Part shown: positions 1 to 12,335 of the stretch, piece by piece | Numbering within the stretch: position 1 is the first letter of the stretch | Layout of the letters: the number at the start of each line of letters is the position of its first letter | Source of the DNA: Catajapyx aquilonaris | Lineage: Eukaryota | Direction: 5' to 3' | Assembly: GCA_000934665.2 (NCBI GenBank) | Contig: JYFJ02000973.1 | Coordinates: 62,001 to 98,499 of the forward strand | Length of the DNA stretch: 36,499 nucleotides | Position numbers and translations under genes: made by a program | Notes under the pieces: generated by a model | Database searches by the model: none | What the model saw: only the letters and a program-made list of their open reading frames with translations | Told to the model about the DNA's origin: nothing

Positions 1-1135
1 AACCGATACCCGCTGTGGAAGGAAACCAAAAGCGGGCCGAGTATCATTCATCTTTCTTACCGCCAATATTCATGTTAGGCCCTGCATAAATAATGGCTTT
101 TCATCCCATCCTCCCTTCGACATAGGAAGCGCCATCGGAGGGCAAATGGAGATCCATATAAACCTTGCCCATCCGTCCAAAAAAAAGTGAACTCTATTCA
201 TGTATCTGTGGAAAGCAGGAAAAAAACTCCAAAGTGGCCTCTCTTTTTTTTGAAGTATGGAATTTTTATTGAATTGGACTAACCATATGCGGGCATGTTT
301 TGTCAAAAAGAATCGCGTCGCTCAAAAACAGGACGCATTGCTGGCGACATATTTTTTTGTAGGCCTTCAGAAGGTGTAATATGCGCAAATAAGTTCATTT
401 AAGAACTGTTTTGATTATAATGAGATGCAAATTGGCAACTATGCATCCTCCTAATAAGTTACACTAGGCAACACTGTCCCCCATGACAGTGGAAGTAGTG
501 CCAGATCACGCACATAAATGGCGCACTGCTGATGACTCACTGCGGACAATACATACATACCCGATCCGATTTTATACATAACTTAATATTTTAATGTATA
601 TATTTTGTACTGTTCAGTCAATTTCGTCACATGCTAAGACTACACTGTATGTAGTACACATTATGATGGGAGCAGAGTGAAGCTCGATAAAACCTACATA
701 GGAAACCCGGAGGTGCCTTCTGGCAGATGAGAGAAGACGCTTCCACAACTCCCATCGATCACTTATTGAGCTTTTTTGTGTTGTTGCGGATAGATGGATA
801 AGGTGCCTGTCACCTCCACTTTGTTCTGTGGTGCTGCTCTTCTCGCCTCTTCTTTTTCCTCTGCAGGCTGGGTTTGGCCCTAAAACCACGTCGGTCATTT
901 TTGCGGAAGGCGCCAAGAGGAAATTTTTTGACAGGAGGAAAAGAAGAAGAAGAAGAAAAAAAAACCCAGCTATGAAATGATTTTGATAATGGATTGTAGC
1001 TCTTTGAAGGAGAGTTTCGACAATTTCGTAGACTCTCTTTGAACTTTGGGATATGTGTCATGTTGAACAAGTGTCAATTTTTTTTTCAGCTCGATCGTTC
1101 TTGTGGCTTCACTTTATAGGTCTTAAAGCAAATGA

Positions 1136-1327
1136 TCTATAATATTAAAATCCTCCGTTGTGTGCTTAAGCATTTTGATTGGTCCGCCGCATATTGTTGT
1201 TACCGCGACGCTTCCGATTGGACCACGTCCTGCGCATGCGCAATGGGGTGGAGGCAGCGCCTCTGGAGGGTGAATAGAGGAACTATGGGCAAGCCACGCT
1301 ATACTTGCCATTGACATCATAGCCTAG
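1136..1327 (+). mobile_element. Complete non-autonomous Helitron-like element (192 bp)
   Basis: Starts A|TCTATAATATTAAAA at 1136 and ends CTAG|T at 1324-1328. A hairpin GGCAAG(1288-1293)..CTTGCC(1304-1309) lies just before the end, and there is no TSD. These are the canonical Helitron hallmarks. A second diverged copy is at about 31277-31606. Confidence 0.75.
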
Positions 1328-3705
1328 TAAATTATTTAAGTTCGTGAATCATGCAAATAATCATACGAATGTAAAAATTAGTTTGCTAAGGGTAATAGAA
1401 TTAAACTGTTATGATTAATGATGGACATCTCTTTTATGAAATGCTATGAAAAAAAGTTGCTTGGTGCAAAAAATGTGCAAGCCTAAACCTTATTAATCAT
1501 AGTGCCACATATAAAAGAGTAATGAATAAAGGTGCACATGACAAAGAGTATTGCAATTTTGGCATGTGCTTTGATAACATGTAACATGCGATGATGAGCC
1601 CAGAACGAACCCCATGCATTGAAATAGGTATTTAAATTTTCATCATTCTGACAAGCGGGGCAGCCTTTGTTATTTGTTATTTTATTTGAGATGCGCAGCA
1701 CGCTAATAAGTATTCCTTCCACAGGGAAAATGCGATGTATTATGTGTGTATGTGCAGTATAATAAGCACTCGTTAGGAGTATGCTTTACTGCACATTTGG
1801 CGATCAGCAAAACCAACAGCAGAGAATATAACTTCATTAGTACTTCATTAGCAGAACTTCAGGTTATCCAGTGACCCAAACATGTCATTTTGTCGAGAAA
1901 ATAACTTGTAACAAAATGCATGAACCACAAGAGTACAGTACTTGCAACCTTTATTTCCATCAGCTTTGAAAATTCACGCGTGCCAGCTCTCCCCTAACAT
2001 TATAAATAATGCTCGCATTATAATGCCTATCATATGGGCGTGGATGCTCGCCTGGAACAAAGGAAATGAAATAAACAGTCCTTTGCTGGAATAGTAAAAA
2101 ACAAAACCGGGGGAAAAAAATGGGGGGGGGGGCCTGAACCCCGGAGGCTAATGGAATAATAACTGGAGAGGAGGCGTGTGCGTAGAAATTCATGGATAAT
2201 TAATCAGGCGGGACACGTAATGGAGAACTGCGTTTTAGAATAATTGCGCCACTTTTGCTTAATCAATTTTTAAACCCCTCTTCTAATTACATAATGATGG
2301 AATTCTAGTCTTTGACACATTATCTCCCAATTCATGCAGTTGCAAGCGACCGTCAATGGGATGTTCACTCGAGTATAGAATACGCTGCCAACAGAGATCC
2401 AACTTTGCAGTCGCGTAATTCTAGTCACAAAACATACATACAATGTTGTCTGTTGTACGGAATTCAAGGAAAGTTGTTCCGGCGCAAATTCCGTCCAAAA
2501 GGTACGGTGTACTAGTTCTTGGAACCTACGTAAATAATATTAATAAATGAATAAAGAAGTAAGTAGGTAAGCAAGTTAATCAATAAATATATGAAGAAAT
2601 AAGTAAGCCAATTAATTAACTAATTAATGACCAAGTAAGCCAGTTAATTACTTAATAAATAATGAAGAAGTAATGAAGTAAATAAATAAATAAATACACA
2701 TGGTGATTGAAATTGTTCACTACATCGGTTTAAAAATATGCAAAGTGTGCAAATCAAAAATTCAACACTTTACTTGCTACTATTGTTTGTTCTTCTTAAA
2801 ATAATACAACCAAAATTACAGTATGAACTATTAATTTTCTATGTTGAAAGGCATTATTGCGCATTTGTGTGCACATATATTTACTCGAATTGTTATAAAT
2901 GCAACGAGGGGGCGCTGCTCTGTACAGGAGGTGGAATAAATGACCCTCATGTATACTGTATGTTATAGATGTAATCATGTAAATTACACCCATCGATTTT
3001 GAACTAATCCTATTATTTGAACGTTTAAAACAATTCCGGGTCAAACGCTGCGCATATAATATATAACAAATTTCAAAGCTGGTTGGGGAGGGCAATATTT
3101 GTTATTTTGCAGGGCTGAAAGTTAACTGCTGCCCACAAATTCCCAGTGAATTTGATCAGTCGCATGAAACGTGTTAATTCATTGGCCCTTTTTCTGGGTT
3201 GACGCGCACACCATTTTGTACCCACTAATTTTGATAAACCTGCCCACACTGCCTATATTGTGATGTAAGCCTGTTACTTGTGATATAATATTGTGGCATA
3301 TCCGCACAATCCATATCATCCTATGGAAACTATTAAATTCTGCTTATAGCCCATTAATATTTGAAGTGGTCAGCACCTTTATTTCAATTTCTTTTGGAGT
3401 ACCATATTTTCCACCTTGATGGCCCATCCTCCCTATTTGCACACTTCTGCCACTCTCAGGTGGTGCGAGGGGCAGTGGTACTATCAGCTCGGACAAACAG
3501 AGGCACAAAATCAAGTCAATTCTACGAAACAGAAGTGTTTCAAGAGGACACACCTGCCCAGTGATGGTCACATGTCTCTCAGTCAATTCTACAGTAGGCC
3601 TATAGGTACTAGAAGTGAACTCGTTGCAAATATTTGACAAAATCTGCAATCAGTATGACAATTTTATTGAAATGGCCCGCCGTTTTACCACGCAGTACAA
3701 TTCTT

Positions 3706-3902
3706 CACGCAGAGATGGCGCATACATCCTCTGCACACTCCAGCCACCCTCAGGGGGAAAGCAGTACTACACATTCACGTTGGTGATGAGTCACCGCGCG
3801 GACAAAGCCCACCAGCAAATGTCTCGCCTCCATTGCAGTGAGTCTCTGACCACCACATGTCTAATTGTTGAACGGGGAAAGTGAAAACTATGGTAACTAC
3901 TA
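3706..3902 (+). repeat. Dispersed repeat family R1 (about 200 bp, class unknown), copy 1
   Basis: Shares AGATGGCG..CTCTGCACACT..CACGTTGGTGATGAGTC..GGACAAAGCCCACCAG..CTAATTGTTGAAC..GGAAAGTGAAAA.TATGGTAACTACTA with 16906-17124, 19907-20095 (rc) and 32604-32720. Fragments also occur at about 465-550 and 3417-3500. Confidence 0.85.
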
Positions 3903-4747
3903 ATATAAGAAGACGGAGAGAATAAGGGGATTAGTAGTATGATGAGCTATATTCTCTTTACAGAGCTGTAACATATCGTAAATATTTGTCTTCCCATCTG
4001 CTGCTTTAATCCCCACACACCTTTATTAACAAGGAAGGGGGGGAAAAAAAGCCGTCATGCAACGGAATTCCCCTCCTCGAAATTGCCATAGGGTTACTGT
4101 TTTTAACGATCTTAATGGGGAGGCGGGGACAGCACGTGGGGGGGAAGGGGAGTAAAAAATAATAATAAAAAAAGAGAAGTTCCCTGCTCCCTTCCCCTCC
4201 TACCAGCAACTTGGCAACGGGGCCAAAAAAGAACTCTAGGAGAGAGAGGAGAGAGGAGAGAGAGAGACCGACTATAGAACTGATATGGCGCACGCGCCTT
4301 CCGGGGGCAATTTCGGGGGTGGGGTTGATGGTGAAGAGGAGGGGGCGAACTGGGGAGGGGTGAAAATTCCGGCCTGGATGCTGCAAGAGTTTGTCGGTTC
4401 GGGGACCTAGGCGGTGGCAGAGGACTCCCGGTGTGTGTCTAGTATAGTGGGGGGTTGGAATAGTACAAAAAAAATAATCATAATAGATCTGTGTCGTAAA
4501 CCCCCAGCCCTTAGGGTTTGTTGTCCTATGGCCGCCGGATAGTGTTCATATATCGGACAGAAGAAGCCGGCTGGACATTTTGGCAGGTAAGAGGGATATG
4601 GTAGGGGGCGGTGAAGATTCTGGACCATCTTGGCCCGGTGTCTGGTTAGAAGGAGGGTCTCTCTGTGATGGTGTCGGATTCTAGGGGGTAGGCTACTCCA
4701 GGTTGCACCTTCTTGTAAACATAACCTAACGTAACCGAGATTGCACT

Positions 4748-5160
4748 TCTCTATATCTCGTATAGTATAAATAGGAAAGTTTGTGCATATATCGGCTACT
4801 TAACTCACTTTCAGACTACTGAGAATGCTGAAACTTGTACAGTATAAAAGACGACGTTTATTGATGATTTATTGCATAACTTGACTAATAATAATACTCG
4901 CAAAACTTTCGCTTCGCTGAATTTTTTTTTGGCCTGCAACCTACGGTGGCGACGGCCATATACACTGTACTCCATAAAAGGCGACATTTATTGATGACTT
5001 ATTGCATATAATAATTAATAATATTAATAACAACAACAACAATAATAATAATACTGTACTAACTAGAAAAACCCTCGCTTCCCTCGCATTTTCTAGGCCT
5101 GCGGTTTACGGCATATACATTGTACTCCATAAAAGGCGACGTTTATTGACGATTTATTGC
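4748..5160. mobile_element. Helitron-like region with three tandem diverged units
   Basis: ATAAAAG(G/A)CGAC(G/A)TTTATTGA(T/C)GA(T/C)TTATTGC recurs at about 4844, 4974 and 5129. An 8-bp stem CTAGAAAA(5063-5070)/TTTTCTAG(5089-5096) encloses CTCGCTTCCCTCG and reads as a CTAG|T end on the minus strand. 4765-4837 is homologous to the outer arms of 28554-29322. Confidence 0.55.

Positions 5161-5161
<1 letters not shown>

Positions 5162-5226
<65 letters not shown>
5162..5226. repeat. (ATT)n microsatellite
   Basis: Uninterrupted ATT/TAT run of about 21 units; explains the poly-Tyr in ORF 5002-5370. Confidence 0.97.
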
Positions 5227-6966
5227 GCCGACACCACAATAACGTTCATCCAGGAGCATAATTATGATATTGAAGTGATTATAACCCGTTTCATTGAAGA
5301 GCCTGGAGACATCTGTAGGGATGAGATGTTGATACGGGAAGGATTACTGGGGCTTATACTTTGGGACTGATTTACGGAGTGTACCCCGGGTTTTTTTTGT
5401 CTTTTTTTAATAAAAAAAAACTAGTGGCAGCGTAGATATCGACCTCACGCGCACGCGGCGAGGTTTTTGACTCGTACAAGTCCCTCTTCGCTGCCTAAAT
5501 ACTCGTCGATGCCCTCCGGTGCTCGTGTGTAAACTAAAGCCTCTGCTTGTATCAGGAGCTGTAAAATACACGGTGGCGATAAAGTGACGCGTACAGTGCA
5601 GTGGAGGGGGGGGGGGGAGGAGAGAGGATTTATTTAATAATTTAATGAAAATGTGTGCCGAAGCGTGCTTCAACCAGTGGTTTTGGATCTATGACATGTT
5701 GCAGAGAGGTATTTAAACTAGTGCGTACAGTAGGCCATACGCAGTGTGTAATTGGTTAAGTGTGGGCATCATGCAGGTTCAGAGTGTGTTTCATAATTAA
5801 TCGAACAAACTCCTGAGCACTTTATGCTGTTGGTTTTAAACACAAGGCGTGAATAGTAGCCTGGCGGGTATGCACCCCTCATTTCGACTTACTTTTTAAT
5901 ACAGTTAATTATTTAAAAAATATAAGCCAAACCGTACAATGTTATTAATATTATTAAACTGCAGCTGGCGATGGCAGTGTCGCAGGCAGTATCCCCTACA
6001 ACAATGTTTAATTAATGCAAAAAAATTAAGACAAAACGCGATTCACTTAATTATACGTACACTATCAGCTATGGGAATGTCAGCGTTAATGCGACTAGAC
6101 ATATGCGTGTGCAGTACTAAAGCCGATGTAATTCACCCTGCATTTTGAGGCCGCAAAACATGCGCATAATTACAGGGTCAGAAATAGCCGTAAAATGTTT
6201 TGTAGTGTCCACCAAAAACATTTTACGATAATTAGCACCCCCCATTGATATCGATAGTCACATACTTAAAATATCTGAATAGGTGTTAATATCTGGCCCA
6301 CCAACATTAATATTGTCATGTAAAACAACCGTCGTTTAGCAAAACTCTTGTCAGAAGATTCAGATCAATGTTACAGTACATCAATCATGATACAATATCG
6401 CGCAAGTTACATTGACTTTACTGTAGAGCGGATTGGGTGAGTGACCGACATCTGCTTCTGGGAATCTATATTTAGCGGGGGGTTTTTTTTGCGCGCGAAA
6501 AAGAAGCGCGCACGAAATATTGCAAACCGCAGTCACGCAAAATTTTTGGCTCCTCTCTCGCCCGTTTTCGGAGCGTCATGTTGGAAATTTCTCACTTCTA
6601 TGGCCCCCCCAAAATTCGCAACCAGATTAAGATTCGATCTGTGATAAGGAACTTGCATGCTCTCTCTCTCTCTCCTGCTGCCGACTTATTGGATTTCCAT
6701 AAGTCAATACGCACCAATTTAACTCCCCGTCGTCGTCGCATTTGGGTTCTGACCTCGAACCCTGATTCGGAAATAAAACCAAGAAGTAATAAGTCTCGCG
6801 AAAATGAAAGGACCGGAAAAAAAATGTATGAAATCTCAAAAAGTAACCTTCGGTTAAGAAGAATTGAAGAATCTACTTAGAGCAAATTAATTTCAGTGTT
6901 TTTGAAGAATTTGTGAAGAATTCGTCGCCTTCACCTATTCAATTTGGTATCTTATTCATTCAGTCC

Positions 6967-6967
<1 letters not shown>

Positions 6968-6995
<28 letters not shown>
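6968..6995. repeat. (ATCA)n microsatellite
   Basis: About 7 ATCA units read directly. Confidence 0.9.
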
Positions 6996-6997
<2 letters not shown>

Positions 6998-7080
6998 CAT
7001 CAAAGGCTTAAGAGACCAATATTTTTATTCCTTCAATTTATTTCGAGTTTTTACATGGGTTCTGATATAACCAGTTTTGA

Positions 7081-7463
7081 GATAATTAAAGAAAGAATCT
7101 TTTGACACTTACAGTATAATTATATCAATAAATAATAGTTATTTGATATATTTATTATTTAATACATCGTTCCAATTTTAGTAGACTATATTGGAAGTAT
7201 TATTAAATAATAAATATCAAATAGCTATTATTTACTGATGTAAGTTATAACTTATAAGTGTCAGGAGATTCGTAGACATCAATAAATACTAGTTATTTTA
7301 TATTTATTATTTGATGATAGTTCAAATTTTAATATATTGGAACTTAATAAATTAATATCAAATAACTATTATTATTTTATTGATGTCTCAGAATCTCCTG
7401 ATATCAATATTATGCATGCTGATCATTGATATAAAAGTGTCAGGAGATTCTTTCCTTAATTAT
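7081..7463. repeat. AT-rich foldback of alternating inverted units
   Basis: AAGTGTCAGGAGATTC or its reverse complement at 7095-7110 (rc, diverged), 7256-7271, 7391-7404 (rc, partial) and 7435-7450. The two long spacers are themselves imperfect hairpins and resemble each other. Outer inverted repeat 7082-7110/7435-7463. Confidence 0.8.
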
Positions 7464-10400
7464 TATCCCCTTCTTCCTATAAATAATTTTCCATTTATTG
7501 TTCATCATGGAAATTGTTATTGATGTAACAGTATAATAATAATATTGTTGTTATTCAGTTTAATCATAATTATATTTAGCGACAAATCACTTCCAGCATT
7601 AATTAGTTGGCTTTTTGACTGTTTCACAGTTTGCATTTTTCTCTCACATTTTTAAAAATTTAAAAACATTGGGGCAGGATTCACAAAAGAATCAAAATCA
7701 TGGTTACCGGTACGGGAAAAAAAAAGGTCCACCGTTTGAAGCAATTACTGCTCATGCCAACTCATTTGCATATTATACAGCCCATCCGGACTGGAACCGG
7801 GGAGCCCATCTGCATTACGAGCGTAGAGAATTTTTTTTCCGGAAAAAGAGGAAAAAAAATTGAAGTAGATAAATATGGATTTTTTTTCCTCCTATTGAAC
7901 TGTTGTGTGTATATGTCTTAAACGTATGGTCATTAAACGTGTTTAATTTTTTTTCTATGTTACGTCCGAAGTGTCTCGTTTTAATGCGGGCACTAAACTG
8001 GGCATGGGTGTTATGGCGGGTTGAAAGGGAGGGGGGGGGGGGTTCCACAGGATTTTAAGTGCGACGCTTTTGGGTGTGATGGATGTAGTTGCACGTGTCA
8101 AGTGAGGTATTGATGCGCATGATGCATGGTAACTTATGCAGCATGCGGGATCAGGCAACAGTTTAGTTCCGTACATCCGGTGTAAACAGTGGAGTAAAAG
8201 CGGCGTCGACTCGTAATTTGAAAGGTTACAAAAGCTTGGGGAGCTCGGGCCATCAGCAACACACTGACTCGTAAAATTCGACGTCAACATTGCTCAAAAA
8301 TTGCATGAAAATTGTAGAGTGCAAGCAACATATAAATCAGAGGACTCTGGATGTCTATAAGTTATCTCATGCGGAATCGGGAGGTATTATCTGAATTGAT
8401 CCAAAATGCCAATAGCAGTGCAACTTGTCACAAGGTAGTAGAGTTGCACAAGTGTACGACTTCCGTGGAAAATATCGATTCACTGATGCTCTCTGCTTCT
8501 GAGAATGGGTCTGAAATTTCAGTGTACAGAGAAGCCTCTCGAAAAAATAATAATTGATAACTGGTTGTGACATGACTCAACAATAGTTGGCTCATACGTG
8601 CTTAAATATTTCGCAGTGAATTTTGGCTTAATTTCATCAATAAATTGGTGAAAAGCGTGAAATTAGTCCAATTTTTGTTCATTCAATATTATTTCATACT
8701 TCTGATTTATTAAGAGATTCATTTGAGAGTGAGATCATGAAATTCGCATTGAAAATCCAGCATATCTGATTGTAGTGTTCCTTAAAATACTCTACACCTT
8801 TTTTTAGGAGGTGTATTTTTAGACGGTTGTAATTCAGTCCAACTGTTTCATTTATCGCTCTCAGTTCGTATTACATGCTACATATAACCTTTCCAAACAA
8901 GGTTATATAGCAATTATTATTAAACAGTGGTTAGCGCTATCGGATGTGTGGTTTGTGGTTAGGACCATGCAAGATAACGAGCAGATAAAAATAAAGTTGT
9001 TGTGTGGTATGCTATTGAAACATGCACCAGTGCTTCAGGTATAGGCTACATATTCCGCTTGAAAAGTAACTGACTGCTCAGAGAATTTGAAGGACACAAA
9101 AGGCTGTTGACACGCAGGTACTGTAAGTACTAAAAGTTCGTTCAAATTTTTTTAAATCAAAAATTTCATCATTAATGGCCAACCCCAGTAGATTCAACCA
9201 CAGTGTGCGGATGCATCTCATCTGGAAATGCATAAATATTTTGTTATGTTGGCAAGCCGCAGGGAGCTTTTTGCAAGCGTGGCATAATTTACACCTATCT
9301 CTCTCCGAACTTGCAGGCGGCTATGGGCCAACTATGTTCAACCGAATTTTTCTTCAATTTCGTATGATATTAAAGCCGTGGGAAAGAAAATGTAATTGAA
9401 TCATACACAAAATCAATTTACAACGTGAAAATAACGAATGGTGCCGAATAATGAAAAGTAAAAAAAAAAATTAACGCTCATTAATCCTTTCCATATTACA
9501 CGTCCTACTCAGTTTTGGTGGGTGTTTACTACCTTTTTGAAACAATGGGCACGCAAAATGTTACCGCTTTGTAATAAACGTGGTCGTGCACACACTGTTT
9601 CCGAGTGGGGAGGCAATCAGTTCATTGTCCTGCAATGTGTGGTAAGTCTCCACTGATGAGAACTATAATCCTCTGGGTTTAAAAAAAACGATGGTTGCCT
9701 AAAACGGCTGTTTATTGAAAACCTGATCTTTTTATCCCCGCACCGAAAAGACTATTAACATGGAAAAAAAACTGCTGAAGTGGACTAAAACGGCAAAACC
9801 AAAAAGCTGGCCTCACACCCTATCGATTACGCTCATTAAATCCCTTGGTTTTACTCCACTCGTAAAATAACTTTCCAAACACAATAACATGATACCCAGA
9901 ACACAATAATGACAAGGGTTTTAGTGCTATTTGATGCTACAGACAGTGAATAGGAAACACACGGTCACAATAACAACCGATAAGGGCCATTTTAGATTTT
10001 TTTTAAAAATCAGATAATAACTGCCTTGCATAAAGTTTTGCAATAGGTCCATTAGAGGTGGGGAGAGATGATGTTATCACAACTCAGCATTAGCTTGTTA
10101 GTGAAATAAATCAGTTGCAAAGCACTTGCAGGGCTGTGTATGCAAATGATATTGACTCTTTTTCAGCGAGGTATGTTGTAGTCCGGTGGGTTAATCTAGG
10201 GACTTAATTAGTCATTTTTAATGGTGAAATACTGCGACCTGCACTTCTTTCCAAACTGTTACCAAATATTTTGTAAGATCGCAAAAAAAGGGAATTCACC
10301 TCAAAATTTATAGCCAGCAGCCCTTGCTATAAAAAATGGTCGCAATGAATCGTAAAGAGTTCTTCCAGTATAAGAGGGTGATGAATATGTACGTGGTTTT

Positions 10401-11036
10401 TTTCCAGCGTAACAAACACTCGGGGCTGTATAATCCGGTTAATGAAAACCTCCAAACCATGTGCCTTTTTCGTATGCAGCAGCTCGTTTGGTTAGCTTCC
10501 AAAAAAATTTCCTAGCCCCAGAAATCAGTTGTGGGCGACTGGCCCGTAGTGATTGACAGCACACTATATAGAGGCATAGAGCACCAGACACATTCGCTTG
10601 CAATAAAAATGACAGTCTGTTAGCCCGCGGGGGAGTTGTCGCTCTAGCTCTAACCCATCTGCAGCAAAAAAATTCGCAGGAAAAAAAATGCAGACAATAT
10701 TCACACGGGTGGTGAATCCTAGATAAGCATTTTACGTGTTTATACAGACACGTGAGATTGATGTCATTATTACGGGATGGGATTTTTTTGGGGGAGGGTG
10801 GGTTGTATACAAGTTGAGCTGATCAAAACCGGTGGATTTGAATATTTCAGAAGGTTTTTTTTTTCAGCTAGTGGCTTACCGGTGAGAATTGTGATGTATT
10901 TATGGGGATGGAGTTTTTGTTTCCGTAAACTTGCATTGTGCGAGTCACAGTGTATATGCTGTGTTTTAAAGAGATGTGGTCATAGTACATGGTGTGCAAA
11001 ACTTTGATTTAAATTTTGTTCAAAAATAATGCAATC

Positions 11037-11460
11037 TAGAGACTCTCTGAAATCTGACTTAGACATTATTTTATGGAAAAAAGTGTCTAAATTCTCATTT
11101 GACCTAAGAAGTTTTTAATCACATTTTTGAAATTAAATTTATCAATTTCACAGCTTCGTATTTTATCCTCTCAGAGACTGTTATGTGTAGAGATTCAGAC
11201 AATCTAGAAATTCAGACAATATCGAGATTCAGACAATCTAGAAATTCAGACAATATCGAGATTCAGACAATGTAGACTGTATAGTGTCTCAGACTCTGAA
11301 ATCATATGTAGACATGATTTTATGAAAAAAATTGTCTAAATTTTCATTTGGCAAATGAAGACAAAGACACGTACAAACTCACACTTTTTAATAACATTTT
11401 TGAAATGTTAATCAAGTTCACAGTTTCGTATTTTATAACTTACTCATAGAGACTGGTATT
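11037..11460. repeat. Local tandem duplication with internal about 17-bp minisatellite
   Basis: CTCTGAAATC..TAGACAT.ATTTTATG.AAAAA..TGTCTAAATT.TCATTTG..CACAG.TTCGTATTTTAT..AGAGACTG occurs at about 11040 and about 11290. ATTCAGACAAT is repeated 5 times at 11193-11271. Confidence 0.85.
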
Positions 11461-11959
11461 TCCCCAGTGAACCGTACTTTAATGGAGTGGTCGTCTTTTT
11501 TCAGTCGGAAATGAAATCTAAATTTTATGAACACACTTTCATATCCAGTGCGTACGTGTCCTTTCACTCAGACTATCCACATTTTCAGTTGCGAATCCGA
11601 CTCTCTTCCTGGCTGCCCCAAAAATTAAATCATGGCTACCCCCACCGTATCGCACAGTAATCCCCTCCGCTTTTTGCAGCCAAATTGCCCTGAAAATAGT
11701 AGCAGTTAAATCGCGTAAACTCGTTATTTTTAATATAACAGCTCGACCCACTCCAGCACCTAACCTAACATTGGCAGCCTGGCACATTTTATCACTTCGA
11801 CTGCAGGCTGAACATCTCCCATAAAACCTTGTATAACTTCCTCTTTTGCTCTATCCCCATTTGGCTTCAGTCATTTCCCCTTCGCTGCTATTAGAGGACT
11901 TCTTACTATTAAAATTAGAAGAGGCTGCGAGGAGGCAGGTAGAAAATGATGTATATTAA

Positions 11960-12140
11960 GCAAAGACTTTGCGCCACGTGGTGATTAAACGGAAGGATAT
12001 ATTATCTGAAATTTCATCAGAAACGTATAGGTGGGCTTGAAGGGAGGGGTTTACTGGAGGATGAGAAAATCTGGGTTGAGAGAGAAGAAGAGGAGCCCCA
12101 GGAATAAAGTGGTTGCATGAAAGTGGAGGTCGGCCAAGTT
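11960..12140 (+). pseudogene. Possible decayed RTE-clade LINE 3' coding fragment
   Basis: Frameshifted peptides AKTLRHVVIKRK, GGLEGRGLLE and RRRGAPGIKWLH (12083-12118) resemble the RTE ORF C-terminal pattern KRKL.YFGH..GLEK..L.GK.EGKRRRGRPR.RWLD as I recall it. Not verified by search. Confidence 0.35.
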
Positions 12141-12276
12141 CAGGATAGAGGCGCAGGTCATATTTTATCCCTTCATGGAGGAGCAAGGAAGATTTGAGTC
12201 AAGGTGCAAATGGGATGAAGATCCTTTGAAAAGCTTTTGTGAGAGGCACAATTTTTGTCAGATTTTTACTATACGT

Positions 12277-12335
12277 GAACAAGTGGCACGAGTGTGTATC
12301 GCCCTGACAATGCCACAATAACGTTCGTTGGCCTG
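12277..12335. repeat. Terminal fragment of a dispersed element
   Basis: 22-bp TGCCACAATAACGTTCGTTGGC is identical at 12311-12332 and 14038-14059; a partial copy is at 5234-5246. Confidence 0.65.

Noticed and set aside
867..980. Strong splice acceptor followed by a basic Lys/Arg-rich frame, faintly like a hAT transposase start
   Set aside because: The frame stops after about 37 codons, the basic run comes from a GAA repeat, and no convincing donor or continuation was seen.
4280..4500. Possible LINE endonuclease relic (GGNFG..MLQEFV..W..IIDL)
   Set aside because: Similarity too faint to support without a translated search.
5002..5370. 122-aa ORF with poly-Asn and poly-Tyr
   Set aside because: Produced by AAT/AAC and TAT microsatellites within repeat sequence.
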